A stretch of 49,648 bases of DNA, the filler included, from Sphacelaria rigidula (Eukaryota): assembly GCA_964200075.2 (NCBI GenBank). It is 3 parts of 3 records of this genome, joined end to end, with 100 filler letters (N's around TTAATTAATTAA, not from the genome) between each part and the next. Parts side by side here need not be neighbours in the genome. Positions count along the whole stretch, not along the records: positions 33,169 to 49,648 come from CAXNAA020001341.1; 2 more parts are not named here. One strand, written 5' to 3'. Under the pieces are notes generated by a model that saw only the letters and a list, made by a program, of their open reading frames with translations, ran no database searches and was not told the DNA's origin. A program made the position numbers and the translations under genes. Below are positions 49,082 to 49,648 of this stretch, piece after piece (within the stretch, counting starts at the first letter, position 1; each line of letters opens with the position of its first letter).

Positions 49082-49452
49082 GTAAGTATGTTTGTAACGG
49101 TTGATGCCCTGACAAGGTTTCTGCAAACGCTCGCTTCTGAGTCCTTCGACAACGGGCCTTAAGCTGGGTCACCGACCCCCCCCCCCTCCTCGTGAATGCA
49201 GCCTGGTCCGGCGAGAACCCGGCGTGCTCCGTCCCGGCTTTGGAGGGGCGGACTCCCGATGACGTTAGCGTCGGTTGGCGATGACGCTGTAAAACACGCC
49301 ACTCACTGCGTAAGCTAGGCAATCAGGTTACCGATTTGGCGCACTTTCGTTTTTTTGCGGTAACCATAATGGTAGTCGAGCTAGATCATGTTGTGCGGCG
49401 TGGGAGAACCCAACTCCGCACAATGGGGATGATCGTACTACGTAGTGTTTCA

Positions 49453-49648
49453 ATGGTGAGACACCCATGAGGCAGTGCATAAGCCGTAGCTGCCTCTGGA
49501 AGCGGCGATACCAGTAAAATGAAGCAACTCATGGCGGGCTGTCATCCAAATGCAAGATAACCAATAGGCTTCGGGCCGAAGAATCGTAGCAGGATGCAGC
49601 TCACCCTTCATGCGACTCACCGAACACACCATGGCACTTCGCGCTTGG
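49453..49648 (+). repeat. Dispersed ~300-bp repeat family, cut by the window end
   Basis: gctgcctctggaagcggcgatacc...ggatgcagctcacccttcatgcgactcaccgaacac. Confidence 0.8.

Overview
Eukaryotic, intron-rich, repeat-rich nuclear DNA. The gene structure and repeat families suggest a brown alga or related stramenopile; this is inference, not demonstrated. The window is not one locus. Two identical 100-bp artificial linkers (N44-TTAATTAATTAA-N44, at 16487-16586 and 33069-33168) join three pieces of 16,486, 16,482 and 16,480 bp, which looks like size-sorted unplaced scaffolds. Piece 1 has a spliced TTLL3/8-like tubulin ligase gene (minus strand), a tRNA-Gly(TCC), 42-bp palindromic tandem arrays, a TIR-flanked (TTAGGG)5 element and a long inverted-repeat element. 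Piece 2 is the central part of a VPS13 gene (minus strand, about 16 phase-consistent exons, cut at both ends). Piece 3 has an F-box/WD40 gene (plus strand, rebuilt from small exons that the ORF track fragments), a divergent hypothetical gene with an RTE LINE fragment in frame just past one splice donor, a decayed acidic ORF, and foldback-like elements made of ~13-bp subrepeats. tRNA-derived SINEs and (TCAA)n-tailed retroposon ends are scattered throughout. I see no CRISPR array and no operon-like novel system. The most unusual items are uncharacterised repeat and transposon architectures.
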